From Camelus dromedarius (Eukaryota), in assembly GCF_036321535.1 (NCBI RefSeq), contig NC_087437.1, positions 104,286,001 through 104,350,000 of the forward strand: 64,000 nucleotides of DNA, read 5' to 3'. Under the pieces are notes generated by a model. It worked only from the letters and a program-made list of their open reading frames with translations. It made no database searches and was not told the origin of the DNA. Positions 1 to 13,796 of the stretch are shown here, one piece after another (the stretch's first letter is position 1; every line of letters begins with the position of its first letter). Position numbers and translations under genes: made by a program.

Positions 1-1750
1 TAGAGAATGCTCAACGTGCACATGAGAAGAATGTGTATTCTGTTTGTTTTTTGGATAAAATGATCTGTATATACCTTTAAATCCAGCTGGTCTAATATGT
101 CCTTTATGTTCAATGTTTCCTTACTGATTTTCTGTCTGGATGATCTATCCATTAATGTAAGTGAAGTATTAAAATCTACTACCATTATTGTATTGCTTTT
201 GATTTCTCCCTTTAGGTTTGTTAATATTTGCTTTATATATTTAGATGCTCTTATGTTGATTGCATAAATGTTTATAAATATTTATATCTTTCTGTGGATT
301 GACTGCTTTATGACTATGTAATGACCTTTGTTTTTTATTACAGTCTATGTTTTAAAATCTATTTTGTTGAATATGTGTAGCTAACCCAGCTTTCTTTTGG
401 TTTTCATTTGCATGAAACATTTTTTCCATCCTTTAACTCCCAGTCTGTGTTTGCCTTTATATCTGAAATGAATGTCTTATAGGCAGCATATAGATAGGTC
501 CTATTTCTTGGTTTTCAGTTCAGTTATTGTATTCTTCAGCATTGTGAGTTCTGTTTGGTACTTTATTAATATTTTCCATCTTTTTATTGAAGTTCTCTAT
601 GTTCATTCTTTCATGTCTCAAGATTGGTGAGAATCTTTATGGCCATTACTTTAAACTCTTTATCAGGCAAATTATTTACCTCCATTTCATTAGTTTTTGT
701 TTGTTTGTCTGTTTCTGGTGTATTATCTTTCTATATTTTTTTCTGGAACATATTTCTGTTTTCTCATTTTGCTTGACTTTCTGTACTTATTTCTATGCAT
801 TAGGCAAAATAGCTACTTTTCCTATTCTTAAAGGAGTGGTCACAGGAAGACTAGGGGGCTGTGTTTAAGTCTGCTGTCTATTCAGTGACTTGAGGGGTCA
901 TAGCCTGCCAAAAATTGTCTTTTCCTTCGTATCAGTCCCATGGGGCCCAGAAATGCAAGTACCCCTGGCCGCCACAGCTTGGCATTCAAGTGGTGTCCTC
1001 TGTGTTGACTGTGCACACCTGCTGGCTTTGGCAGGCAGGACCAAGCACTAAGTGGACTGAGCTTGCTAACTGTGTTTGGTGGGGCAGGGCCGCAAAAGCA
1101 CAGGGGCAGGGCAGGTGGCACTAGCAAGGCAGTGGGATAGGGCAAAAATGGTGCCCATAACAAGGCACTAGTAAAGTAGATGAAAACTACAAATATGTCC
1201 CTGCTAGTGGCTTTGTCTCCCCTGAGAGAGTTTTAGCAGACCCTCTAGAAGATGCCTTAAGACTTGCAAGTGAATCTCCTTACAACAGGTACAGGTGCTT
1301 ATTAAACTGCTGTTTTTGTTTTGAGTCTCAGGATGGGGGAATGAGTCTATGTGAACCTTTTAAATGTTATTTCATTTCCTACAGCTCTTTGGGTCTCCTA
1401 GACATTAGTCCTGTTGGTTTTCAAAGCCAGTCATTTTGGGGTCTTTTTTTCTGGTGCAGGTCCCAAATGTTGGGGTCCATGATGCGGGGCTCAAATTATT
1501 CATTCCTCATGGGTAAGCTCCATTTTTATTGCATCTCTCTGATTGTGGGTCACTGAACTGGGGGTGTGGTTTTTGGCAAGACTGTGTCTCTACCTCTCCT
1601 TCACATCTCAATGTGACCCTTTTTTGCTTCATTGTGGAATAGCTGTTCTGTTAGTTCTCAGGTCTTTTTAGCAAGAGTTGCTTCATATGTAGCTGTAGAT
1701 TTGATATGGGTGGAGATGAGTCCAGAATCTTACTTTATCGTCTTAAACCA
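1..1750 (-). mobile_element. LINE-1 5' portion (5' UTR, ORF1 N-terminal remnant, ORF2 endonuclease remnant), decayed, internally deleted, continues beyond the window start
   Basis: Bases 1-500 are antisense L1 ORF2 endonuclease sequence; the reverse complement near 470-500 reads DLSICCL*DIH, matching the DPxICCLQETH motif. ~510-840 is antisense ORF1-like, and ~840-1750 is more GC-rich 5' UTR-like sequence ending in a decayed version of the L1 5' terminus. Confidence 0.85.
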
Positions 1751-2399
1751 CTTTATCCCTCATACTTTTATTTTGAGAATCAAACAATATTTTAAAAGCA
1801 AGAAAATGTAAAATACAATTTTTGTAAATATTATTTTATATAAAAATGTTATATTATTAAGTAGAGGTGTTATTATTATTACATCTTTTGGTTTTTAAGG
1901 CAGAGAATAAAGCCCCTAGATAATCTAATTGCAAGATAATTAACACATCCCCTGAGGAACTATAAGGACAGATTTCGTGTCAGTTTAGAGATGTGAGCTA
2001 TAAGCCCATAATTGTCATTTTAAGCGTGGTAGAAACAGTTTCCATTCTTAGTTACACATTGTCTTCTATGGATGTCTACTTTATTTTTACCCAGATAAAA
2101 TATAATTTGTCTAATAAAGTTAAATGCTTCCATTTAATAAATAATTTTCATATCTTAGAATACCTGTTAACACAACAAAACATTTTAACATCAGGAATCT
2201 GACTACTCATCTAATCAACCATTTCAACACCTGCCTCTTCAATAAAAAACTCATCACAGCAAACATGTTAAAATCTCTAGGTTCCTTAAACATGGGATTA
2301 ATCTTAAAAATATAACGGACCAAGCACAAAAACAATACATACAGATTTTGTATCTAAGATAAGAACTTAAATATATTGGCTTTAAAGCCCATGGTCTAA

Positions 2400-2615
2400 G
2401 TGTAGTGTAGCCTGGCTATTAAGTCTATGGAGTTCAGATTTTATGGAATGAAACTCATTTCTCCAAATTAATCAATATTTTTAAGCTCCAACCTTTCAAA
2501 CTGTAAATAGGGATAACATTATTAAGTACTTGGTGGTGTTAACATAATAAACAATTGAGATAACAAATTTATAACATTTGGAGTAGTAGCTAACATAGAT
2601 TAAAATTTTGATAAA
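2400..2615 (+). mobile_element. MIR SINE, highly decayed
   Basis: Resembles the MIR core ('ctgtaaatagggataacatt') and the MIR 3' tail. Confidence 0.5.
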
Positions 2616-2825
2616 TCATATGTTTCTGCATTATGTCAAAGTGATAAAGTATTATTTAAGTAGTACATTGTTATTAACATTTACTTAAACCAAAATTATT
2701 TATGTAGTAAGATACAGCCATGAATTAGACCAAGTATTATGGAAATCACTGTTATGAGAAAAGAAGGTACAAGTAGTAGATAAAATAAGCAGTACTGAAA
2801 AGTTTAATTTTGCTTCCTCAATGTT

Positions 2826-2854
2826 ATGTGTGTGTGTGTTGTGTGTGTGTGTGT
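2826..2854. repeat. (TG)n microsatellite, interrupted
   Basis: Seen directly in the sequence. Confidence 0.9.
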
Positions 2855-5603
2855 ATGACTTAACTCCTTTCCTATTTAATGTTTATGTGAATATTTTAAT
2901 GAAGCAGGCTGACTATACTGTTTTTTTGTTAGCATATATTATAACAGCTCAAAAGGTAAATAGAATATTTATTTTCATAAGCTCAGGTATAATTTTTAAA
3001 AGTGAGAACTTCAACTTAATGATGATAATTTTAAGACTCCTGGTGATCAGCGCAAAGAAATGTTAACATGATGTTGATAGTCAAGGTTTCTAGAGTTAGA
3101 ATCTGTCATTTGATATCATAGTGAGTATTTGTTAAATAAAATATTTTAGTAATTTTAATTTTAAAAGCTTAGTTTTGAAGTTTGTAATATCAATGTAAAT
3201 GTAGTTCTTTAAAAACATTTTTTTAAGAAATCTGTAATTGGAAATTAATTTATTCTCTGAAAATGATTTTTTTCTCTCAATGGAATATTTTAGCTAATTC
3301 CCTTATTGGAGTAATTTCAGATCCCTGAGATTTGAGTGAACTCAATTCTACTACAGGCAAAGTTTCCATATGCTTAGGTGAAAATGCATTAAAAAAAATA
3401 TTCATCAACGTTAGTGGCAAAGTGTATGTACATACAAATATGTATGCTTTATGTACATAAATACACACATATATGTGTCCATATGCCAGATAAATCTGAT
3501 ATGATAAATAAGTATATTTGTGTATATGTATATATACATGAACAATTCACATCTCCTTGAAATACATTTATAAGGATAAGTGGACAGATTTCAATTTATG
3601 TGTTAAATCTTTTATGTTTTAATTCTTAACCAGTTCAGTGATAAGAACTCTCTGGGAAGAAAATTAATTAATACATCTTAGTACATATGAGCAAAATAAC
3701 ATATTTAAATAAAAGAAAGTTTGATGATATTTTTAAATATGACTCAACCTGTCATGATAGAGAAGAAATAAACTTCCCCAAAACTTTTAAAATCAAATTT
3801 TGTTTAAATCCCACTAAACATAGGAGCAATTATGCTTCTAGATCGCAAAACAGCATGCAACATTGAAGACAGAAAACTGAAATAAAAAACTAAAAGTACT
3901 AATTTTGGTAGGGTAAATTAAATGAGCATCTATTAAACCCTAAACAGTCAAAACTTTCATTTTTAATCAACTTTTTATATTTAACATTTTTTATGTAAAG
4001 AGGATATATTAAATATGCATTCTTGGCAGTTAAAGAAGAGATATTTTTAAATGCATAGTTGAAATTTTGGAACAAATCATAGGCAGAAAATTTTATGACT
4101 AATCCTGACTCACAGAAAGGGAAGGCTTTGAAAACATTGTAAATGTAGTGATTATCACATTCTACATAATATTTTAGAGTAAATTTTTGAATTGCATTTT
4201 TTATAGCCCAAACCATCTGGAATGATGATAAGAGAAGAGAGAGCACCCCAAGTTTCAGGTCATCTGGATTGTTTGGGGGATTAAGCAGAATACTAGGTGA
4301 ACATACCTTCATCTTTTCCTAGTACAGGGCTCTTGACTACTGGGGTTTCTTTTCAAGCAGCAATTTATGCAGGTAGACTTGAAAAGAAAAAAATGTGAAG
4401 GAGATATGACTTATTACAGGCATTAATTTGAATGGTCAGGAAGAGAAGCAGCAAGTCAATTGTAACTTGTAGTCCTCTAGAGCCCACAGGTTCCATGTTC
4501 GTATGTCAGTGACTTAGAATTCTTTTGTGTAATGCGGTATTATGTGGTAATTTGATCTATTGCCTACCTAGACGAAATATTTGCCTTATTCAGGAATTCA
4601 TACTTCAAGAGCAGTCAGCTAGCATTTAATTAAAAAACCACTTTCCTGGAGGTAGCTACAAGGGAGCTTCATCTATCTTTTTAATGATCAGCTCCATTGA
4701 CTTAGTAATTTATGAAATGATATTTATAAAACAAAAATGAGTCGTCATTAGTGAAGAATGGCTTCAATGGTTAGCTTGAAGAGTAGTACCTTCAGTTTCA
4801 CCCCAAACAGTCTGATCTCTAAAAGATGTTAAACCAAACCCTATGCCTACAATCAATATGGTAACTTTTACCTTGAGTAAAATGGCTTGAAAAGTTTTTT
4901 TTGTTTGTTTTTGTATTTTTCCTTTTCCCAGAATATCCTAAAGGACAGAGAGATGGAAATCCTCCACGTATATAAAAGAAATTGCAGGACAGTTTTATGC
5001 TCACCTGTTAATTTAAAATATCTCAAACTATGGCAGATTTGGGGTTATTTTAACCTTGTAGCAAAATGTAACAGAACTGGCTAATCTTCAGTATCTTCTA
5101 TATATTGGTGACTGCCAAGATCTAGCAAAGAAATGTGATACTTGTGAAGAAAAAAAAAGTAACTGACTTCTATTCATAAAATTAAACCTAATTTTTACAC
5201 ATATTAATTATTATTTTCTTTTCATAGAATTTTATGTATGTTCAGTTATGTACTTTTTAAACATTTCTTAGGACATTTCTGTGTTTTTATTACTGTTTAC
5301 ATCAATGGATATTTAATGGCCTTTATTTAATGAAATTGGCATTGCTATAAAGTGAAAATCATTATTTTGATTGGTATAATAAAGCCATTGCACAGTGGCT
5401 ATTTCTTCTCCTTGTGGCATTTTTTCTATTTCAAGAGTAGACTCTCTACAATGTCCTATGAATCTCTATTGATTCTCCTGTGTTACAAACTAAACCGTTG
5501 ACAATTTTTTCTCCTTCTACGTAATTGATTTTCTTTCAAGTAACACTTCCCACTCAACATCCTCTTACCTCTCATGTGTGTTTCTAAATGCTCAGGTCTC
5601 TAC

Positions 5604-5631
<28 letters not shown>
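5604..5631. repeat. poly(A) run
   Basis: About 28 consecutive A. Confidence 0.95.
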
Positions 5632-5635
<4 letters not shown>

Positions 5636-6335
5636 ATTTGCTTTTTCTCTCCAAAATACTACAAAAGAAAGTGATGATCCCTATTATTTAATTCTTCAAA
5701 TAAACGCCATAAAAAATATCAATGACTCAAGTTTTTCTTCTGCATCATCGCAATTACTAATTATATGTTTGGGTATTGGACATACCCAATGCAAAATAAT
5801 TATTCTGTATATTCCTCAAGATGCAGAGACTCTCTTGGTGCATTTTGAATGATTGTCTACCATGTTTCTTTTATTGTCCCAAAATCTTTCATTACAGACC
5901 ACTGTTACAAGTTTTCTAAAAATGTTGAAATGTGATCTTAATCATGCATTTCTCAAAATTGTGGTTAGAAACCATTGCATCCTTCCTCATCTCTTCCTTG
6001 GGCTCTGTAATTTATTGACATTTCTTTTGCTCAGATATCCCTACATATACGTTTTAAATATGTGATATTTCACAGCACTGTCAATTTTTGTCTAGTTGGT
6101 GCTCCCAAATCTGCTGAAACAGTAAATCTCTAGGCAAAAACAAGCTAAGCCATACCAAGTCATCCGAAGAAAACATTACAAAGCTAAATACAATAACTAG
6201 CAAACATCTTATTCAACTTATATATATTTATGTATGCATGCATTTTGAAGCATTTAAAAAATTTTTCTTCAGATAGGTACGCTGATACCTCTTGTTTAAT
6301 TGTTATGGTTTTTTTCCTTCAATTTGTCCCTGTAG

Positions 6336-6337
<2 letters not shown>

Positions 6338-6370
<33 letters not shown>
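6338..6370. repeat. (GT)n microsatellite next to the L1 tail
   Basis: Seen directly in the sequence. Confidence 0.95.
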
Positions 6371-6371
<1 letters not shown>

Positions 6372-6380
6372 TGTTAATTC

Positions 6381-9300
6381 TTTTTTTAAAAAATTTTCTT
6401 GAAGTGTAGTTGATTTACAATGTTAGTTTCAGGTGTACAGCAAAGTGACTCATTTATACATATACATACATATATATATATTTTTTTCAGATTCTTTTCC
6501 ATTATAAATTATTACAAGAAATTGAATATAGTTCCCTGTACTATACAGTAGGTCCTTGTTGTTTATGTATTTTATATATGTAATGCGTGCCTGTTAATCC
6601 CCAACCTCTAATTTATCCCTCCCATTCCTTTCCTCTTTGGTAACCATAGTTTGTTTTCTATGTCTGTGAGTCTGTTTTTGGTTTGTAAATAGAAATTGTA
6701 TCATTTTTTTTTTAAGATTTCACATATAAGTGATGTCATATGTTATTTTCTTTCTCCTTCTGGCTTACTTCACTTAGAATAATGATCTCCAAATCCATTC
6801 ATGTTGTTGCAAATGGCATTATTTTTCTTTTTATGGCTGAGTAGTATTCCATGGTATAAATATATCACAAATTCTTTATCCAGTTATCTGTCAATGAACA
6901 TTTAGGTTGTTTCTATGTCTTGGCTATTGTAAATAGTGGTGCTATAAACATTGAGGTGCATGTGCCTTTTCAAACTATAGTTTATTCTGGATATATGCCC
7001 AGGGGTGGGATTGCTGGATCACATGGTAACTCTATTTTTAATTTTTTACTGGAATCTGATACTGTCCCCCATAGTAGCTGTACCAATTTACATCCTCACC
7101 AACAGTGTAGGAGGGCTCCTTTTTCTCTACAACATCTCCAGTATTTATTATTTGTAGACTTTTTAATGATGGCTATTCTTACTGCTGTGAGGTGATGCTT
7201 CATTGTAGTTTTTATTTGCATTTCTCTAATAATTAGTGATGTTGAACATCTTTCATGTGCCTCTTGGCTAACTGGACATCTGGATGTCTTCTTTGGAGAG
7301 ATGTCTATTTAGGTCTTCTGCCCACTTTTCGATTGGGTTGCTTGTTTATGTATATATATATTAAGCTATATGAGCTATTTGTATATTTTTGAAATTAGCC
7401 CCTTGTCAGTCACATCATTTGCAAATATTTTCTCCCATTCTGTAAGTTGTCTTTTTATTGTGTTGATGGTACCCTTAGCTGTGCAAAAGCTTTTAAGTTT
7501 AATTGGGTTCCATCTGTTTATTTTTGCCTATATTTCCATTACTCTAGGAGCTGGTTTGAAAAAAAAATATTGCTGCAATTTAGGTCAAAGAGTGTTCTGC
7601 TTATGTTTTCCTCTAAGAGGTTTATAGTGTCTGGTCTTACATTTAGATCTTTAATCCATTTTGAGTTTATTTTTGTATATGGTGTTAAAGAATGTCTCAA
7701 CTTCATTCTTTTACATGTAGCTTTTCCCAGAATCACTTATTGAAGAGACTGTCTTTTCTGCATTGTGTATTCTTGAGTCCTTGGTTGTAGATTAATTCAC
7801 TATGAGTGTATGGGTTGATTTCTGGACTTTCTATCCTGTTCCATTGATCTGTAGGTCTGTTTTTGTGCCAGTACCATACTGTTTTGATAACTACAGCTTT
7901 GTAATATAGTCTGAAGTCAGGGACCCTGATTCCTCCAGCTCCATTCTTCTTTTGCAAGATTGTTTTGGCTATTCAGGGTCTTTCATGTTTCTATACAAAT
8001 TTAAATTTTTTTTGTTTCAATTATGTGAAAAATATCATTGGCAATTTGGTAGGGTTTGCATTAAATCTGTATTTTGCTTTAGGTAGTATGGCCATTTTAA
8101 CAATACTGACCTTCCAATCCAGGAACACAGTGTATCTTTCCATCTGTTTGTATCATCTTCAATTTCTTTCATCAATGTCATAATTTTTGGAGTATACATC
8201 CTTTGCCTCCTTGGGTAGGTTTATTCCTAGGTATTTTATTCTTTTTGATGTGATGGTAAATAGGATTGTCTTCTTAATTTCTTTTTCTGCTATTTCTTTG
8301 TCAGTGTATAGAAATGCAACTGATTTCTGTATGTTAATTATGTATCCTGCAACTTTACTGAAATCATTGATGAGCTCTAGTAGTTTTCTGGTAGCCTCTT
8401 CAGGATTTTTTACATATAGTATCATGTCATTGCAAACAGTGACACTTTTACTTCTTCTTTTCCAATTTGTATTCCTTTTATTTCTTTTTCTTCTCTGACT
8501 GCTGTGGCTAGGACTTCCAAATCTATGTTGAATTAAAGTGGCAAGAGTGGGCATCCTTATCTTGTTCCTGATCTTAGAAGGAATGCTTTCAATTGTTCAC
8601 CACTGAGTATGATGTTAGCTGTGGGTTTGTCATATATGGCCTTTATTATGTTGAGGTTTGTTCCCTCTATGCCCACTTTCTGGAGAATTTTTATCATAAA
8701 TGGATACTGAACTCTATCAAAAGCTTTTTCTGCATATATTTATATGATCATATGGTTTTTATTCTTAAATTTCTTAATGTGGTGTATCATACTGATTGGT
8801 TTGCAGATATTGAAAAATCCTTGCATCCCTGAGATAAAGCTCACTTCATCATGGTGTATAATCTTTTAATGTCTTATTGGATTCAGTTTGCTAGTATTTT
8901 GTTGAGGATTTTTACATCTATATTCATAAGTGATATTGGCCTGTAATTTTCTTTTTTTGCGATATCTATATCTGCTTTTGGTATCAGGGTGATGGTGGCC
9001 TCATAAAATGAATTCATAAGTTGCTCTTCTTGTGCATTTTTGGGGATAGTTTCACAAGGATAGGCATTAACTCTTCTCTAAATGTTAGGTAGCATTCCCC
9101 TGCATAGCCATGTGGTCCTGGACTTCCGTCTGTTGGGAGTTTTTAAATTGCTGATTCAATTTCAGTACTGGTAATTGGTCTATTCACATTTTCTATTTCT
9201 TCCTGATTCAGTACTGGGTGATTGTACCATTCTAAGAAGTTGTCTATTTATTTTAGTTGTCCATTTTGTTAGCATATAATTGCTCATAGTAGCCTCTTAT

Positions 9301-9627
9301 GACCCTTTGTATTTCTGTGGTGTTGGTTGTAACTTCTGCTGTTTCATTTCTGATTTTATTAATTTGGGCCCTCTCCTTTTTTTCCTTGATGAGTCTGAAA
9401 AAAAGGTTTATTGATTTTGTTTATCTTTTCAGAGAACCAGCTTTCATTGATCCTTTCTATTTTTTTTAAGTCTCTATTTCACTTATTTTTGCTCTAATCT
9501 TTATGATTTCTTTCCTTCTACTCACTTTGGATTCCTCTAGATAATTTAGGTATAAGGTTAAGTTGTTTACTTGACATTTTTCTTGTTTCCTGAGGTAAGC
9601 TTATATTGCTACAAACTTCCCTTTGAA
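6381..9627 (-). mobile_element. 5'-truncated LINE-1 (~3.2 kb: ORF2 RT, C-terminus and 3' UTR), cetartiodactyl-type, frameshifted
   Basis: Minus-strand ORF fragments match L1 ORF2: '[42 protein letters not shown]...IKYLGINL' (8159-8554), '[41 protein letters not shown]' (7733-7957) and '[19 protein letters not shown]' (7539-7736). A T-rich tail lies at 6381, followed by the 3' UTR 'gaagtgtagttgatttacaatgttagtttcaggtgtacagcaaagtga'. Confidence 0.97.
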
Positions 9628-10407
9628 TCCCTGTAGTTTTTGATTGAACTATTGTGATGTCATTTTGCCTTAGGCAGGCAAATTCCTGATTGCTTTTTGT
9701 GAATAATGACATTTATTATTGTCCCACTTTAAGGCATTGGGTATTAAAATCTTATGCTTGCTGTGTTTTGAATATGTTAATATTTAATTTTTAAATTTTT
9801 TCTGTTTATCATTTAATTTTGTGTCACTTTTTTGTTTCATCCCTTATAATAATTACATAGCTTATTTTTAATACTAATCTGAGATTTTGTTTCCTTTATT
9901 ATCTAAATATTACCACTGACATGTTTTGGAGTAGCATATATTCGCTCTTTTTACCAAACTCTAACTTTGTGTTTTTATAGTGGAGCTCACTTATTGAATT
10001 TCCTTTTTTGTCTGTATCGCTTCTTAATCTTACTTAAGATTAAATGGGTAAATCAAGTTGGCCATATCATGGTGTCTTACCCCCCTTAGCTAAAGTGATT
10101 TTTTTTGTTGTTGTTTCTAAGGTAAAGACATATGAATCAAGTCATTCAAATTGCAGTTATTAACGGGACACTCTTACACATTTTCTTATTTGAAAATATT
10201 CTTGTTTGAAAATATGTGCATATAAACCGAAGAACTACTAGATTTATGGTTTCACCGTTCGGAAACATCTAACCTTGGAAAATCAAAATGTCCATTCAAA
10301 GAGAAGCTGAGATGAGTATGAAGGAAGGGAAAACTTAACAGTAATTACAGTCTTTACTCAGATCCCATCACTCTCTCTTCCTCCTCCTCTTTCTTCTTTT
10401 TCTCCTT

Positions 10408-10535
10408 TCAATAGTTTTAAACCTTGGCTGCACATGGGAATCACCAGGATTCCACTCCCAGAGATTCTGATTAAAATGTTATGTGTTATAGCTCTGATAT
10501 GAGGATCTTTGACAATCCCACAGGTAATGGCTGTA
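10408..10535. mobile_element. MER5-like hAT-Charlie MITE fragment
   Basis: 'aaaccttggctgcacatgggaatcacc...cccagagattctgattaa' resembles the MER5 consensus. Confidence 0.6.
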
Positions 10536-11229
10536 GACATCATTTTTGTGCATATTAAGTCAATATATTTGCTCCCTTTCCCCTGTGCCTTAAAAAGGTA
10601 AAAATCATAGAGTTTATCAGCTTTTTATTTTGTCTTTTCTTTGTTTTACCTTTTGCTTGCTGAAATCATCTGGAATAGAAGCTTCAGACATGTTGGTATT
10701 ATGTTTTTACTTTCTTAGTTATAATTTTCAATAATTAAATACAACCAGAACTGCTAAAATTAAGTTCAACTGTTGTATACATATATATTGCAATCTTTGG
10801 TTTTCAGTGAATTGTTGACAACTGTTTCTTCCATTATGTATTCATTCTACTTTTAAACTAATTTGATTCATTTGTGTCTTACTATTATAAATTTTGAGTT
10901 TTTATTTTTATTTCAGAAGATTTCCTATGAATTGTAGAGTAGTCATCTTCTGTTTATCATTGCCCAATATTTCTCCTTTTTCCTGGCTAGGAAGATAGCA
11001 GTACTATTTTGCTGGGGACTACTTTTTTCTCACATCACATGCATTCTTCCTTGTCTTTCAGTCCTCCCTAAACTAAAGGGTAGGCAGTGAACAAGACTAT
11101 TTCAATGGGACTCTCCCTTTGAAATTTGTATTTCAAGCAGAGTGGACCTTGAAAACAATTAGTAGACATTTTTTACATAAACCTTCAGAAATAACTTGGA
11201 GCTTTTGGGAAGTTTTTGTAATTTTGAAA

Positions 11230-11800
11230 TTGTCTGGAAATAAAAGAAAACTCATATTCATGTTACAGATGGAAATTTTGCAGTCTCTCATAATTAAGAA
11301 ACATCTAAATACATGTATCCACAGAATAACCTATATATAAAATTTCCTACATAGCAGCTTAATCTGTAATAGCCAGAAAAATGGCCCAAACATCTATCAA
11401 TCGGTAAATAGATAAACAAATGGATATATAATGGAATATTACTCAGCAATAGAAATATGAAGTGTCATACATGCAACAACATAGCTGAATTCCAAAAGCA
11501 TTATGCCAAGTTAAAGGAGACACACACAAAAGAGTACATATTGTATAATCTCATTTATATGAAATTCTAGAAATGGTAAAAATAAAGTCATGAAAAACAG
11601 ATTAGAAGTTGCAGGAGTCCAGGGGTTGGGGAAGAGGGGACTGACTGCAGCACAGGAGGAAGAGAAGTCATTGAGGTGATAGAAATGCTCTATTTCATGA
11701 CTCTGTTGTTGTATGATTATATATTTTCAAAACTAAGAAAATTATACACTTAAGTTGTTAGATTTTATTGTAAGTATATATTAATAGAGCTGATAAAGGA
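11230..11800 (+). mobile_element. Old LINE-1 (L1MC/L1ME-like) 3' end
   Basis: Typical 3' UTR motifs: 'aatggaatattactcagcaatagaaa', 'catgcaacaacata..gaatt', 'aaagagtacatattgtataatctcatttatatgaaattctagaa'. Confidence 0.85.
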
Positions 11801-12302
11801 CATTAAGAAAAAATTATGAAAAAAAGAAACATCTTATTAAATTATAGCATGTGGCCTCTTAGGACTCTGTTCTCCATTAAGGCACAACTCTAGGAAAGTA
11901 CCTAGCTACAGCAGGAAAACATATTATAATACTTATAAAAGAGATTATAATACTTAAAATATCACAGTGAATAAATGGTTCTAAAGATGCTAAATAAGTT
12001 GAAAAAACAAGTAACAAGCTCAAGTTATTAAAATGCTTATCTCAAGGTATTACATATAATGAAGTACCTTCCTATGCCTGACTTGAGCTATCATTTCACT
12101 GCTAATAATTGTTAAGGTGGAGAAGATGATGATGGTGGTGATAGTAACAGTAATAATCATAATCATAATCACAAATTAACTATGTTGGTTGATGAACTTT
12201 GTAAACTGAATTGAGAACCCAACAAATTCTTGTGAAAGAGTGACATCCAAACCATTGACTTGGCCTTATTTTAGAGGCTGTGAAATACATGGATCACCTG
12301 GG

Positions 12303-12500
12303 CCAGCAGTTAATAAACTATTGTCCTTGACCAGATTAGTCCCACAGCCTGTTTTCATATAGTCAGTCAGCTAAGAATTGTACATTTTTAAAAAGTTGTA
12401 CAAAAGAAAACATGGAAGAATATGAGACAAGGACTATAAGTGAACCACAAGATATAAAACATCTTCTATCTGACCTTTTACAGAAACAGTTTGGCTTTCA
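12303..12500 (+). mobile_element. MER58-like hAT-Charlie non-autonomous element
   Basis: 'gcctgttttcatatag..agctaagaattgtacatttttaaaaagttg' and 'ctatctgaccttttacagaaacagtttg' resemble MER58. Confidence 0.7.
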
Positions 12501-13589
12501 AAGAACTAATAGCAGCCATGGAAACACTTTCTATTGAGTCTCCCTTGCCAGAGTAAGATAAATCTCCTCATTCCAACACATCTAAGTGCCAAGCCTGTAA
12601 AGAGACCCTGATCTCAACATTACTCATGGGGTAGAAGGCAGACAGAGTAGAAATAGCAAAATATATTTTCAGGAAGAATTTCTAGATTTTGTTGAGTTAT
12701 ATTGTCTGAATTACTCAGTAAATTGTTTTGAATTCTTGCCAAGGAAGAAAATGCTTAACTGTGAATATAGATACTAAAAATACTTAACTGTGATTATAGA
12801 CATTCATACACACACATACATACATACATACACACACATATAAACATGAAATGTAGTATGTACCTGCACTTGCTATGCTAGGGAGTAAAAAAACTAAAAA
12901 TTTGCAGTTTGCCAAGATTATCCATATAGAGTATTTTAAGTCAGGAAAGCAGGTTGAAAGTATTATAAATGAAACAAGCTCTCTGACCTCAACAGGCATA
13001 GAAAGGAGTTTGCAGAAGCAAGGTGATAGCATTTACGTAACTCACAACTTCTACAAGAAAGAGTCTTAAATTCCACAATAGTCTATGTTGACTTGACTTC
13101 TCTTGTTAGGTCTCCAGGAAGAGGGTAGCTGGCAAAATGGTCCTACATACAATCATCTTCAGTGAAAGAGAAGGACTCAAGGATTTACTATTAACCCCAT
13201 CAAATCACAAAATCAGAGAGCCGGTAAACTAATGAACTAATTATTACTGTTAGGTAAATTAGTTGAGTGAATGTGGTTCAATACATTTGATTTAATTATA
13301 TTCACTGTACCCACACCTTCAAAGGCATATATATTTCTTCTCATATATGTTTCCGCGGGCTGAGCTTTACTATATTCTCCTTAATTTATGATCCAAGCCC
13401 ATGTGCTCATGACATATTTTTATCCATTATTCAAACCTCCTAATATCTTTCAGAGACATTTACCCAGTGGGAAATTAAATATATAATGATGTTCACTTGA
13501 TCCTCTATTCTACTTTATTTCATTTACATGTAGCTTTAAAAGGAATATTGTCACTAACATGAAAGTAGGAATAAAACAGCAGCTGCATT

Positions 13590-13795
13590 CCTACTATTTA
13601 ATTGTCCAGGGCAAAGATAAAAATGGAGGCCCACATATACGTCTATTATTTAAAAATGGAACTCAAGCTAACACTCTATTAAATGATATAGCTTCTATCC
13701 TCCAGTCACCTTGACAAATATATCTTCAAAATTTCATAAATGATCATACGCAAACTTAGAATTGTTGGTTTCCTTAGAGCTTGGGGACAGGACCA
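13590..13795. mobile_element. Probable hAT-Tip100 (MER115/Zaphod-like) fragment
   Basis: 'ccagggcaaagataaaaatggaggcccacata...tcaagctaacac...tctatcctcc..ccttgacaaatata' resembles my recollection of this family's terminus. Confidence 0.5.
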
Positions 13796-13796
13796 G

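Noticed and set aside
3899..4312. 137-aa minus-strand ORF
   Set aside because: Low-complexity K/N/F/Y composition typical of AT-rich non-coding DNA, with no recognisable homology.
5520..5640. Poly(A) run as the tail of a processed pseudogene or SINE
   Set aside because: No upstream AATAAA, ORF, tRNA-like head or target-site duplication seen. The same applies to the A runs near 47000 and 52050.
6920..8832. Cluster of overlapping ORFs on both strands
   Set aside because: These are broken L1 ORF2 fragments and their antisense shadows, not a host gene or an active L1.
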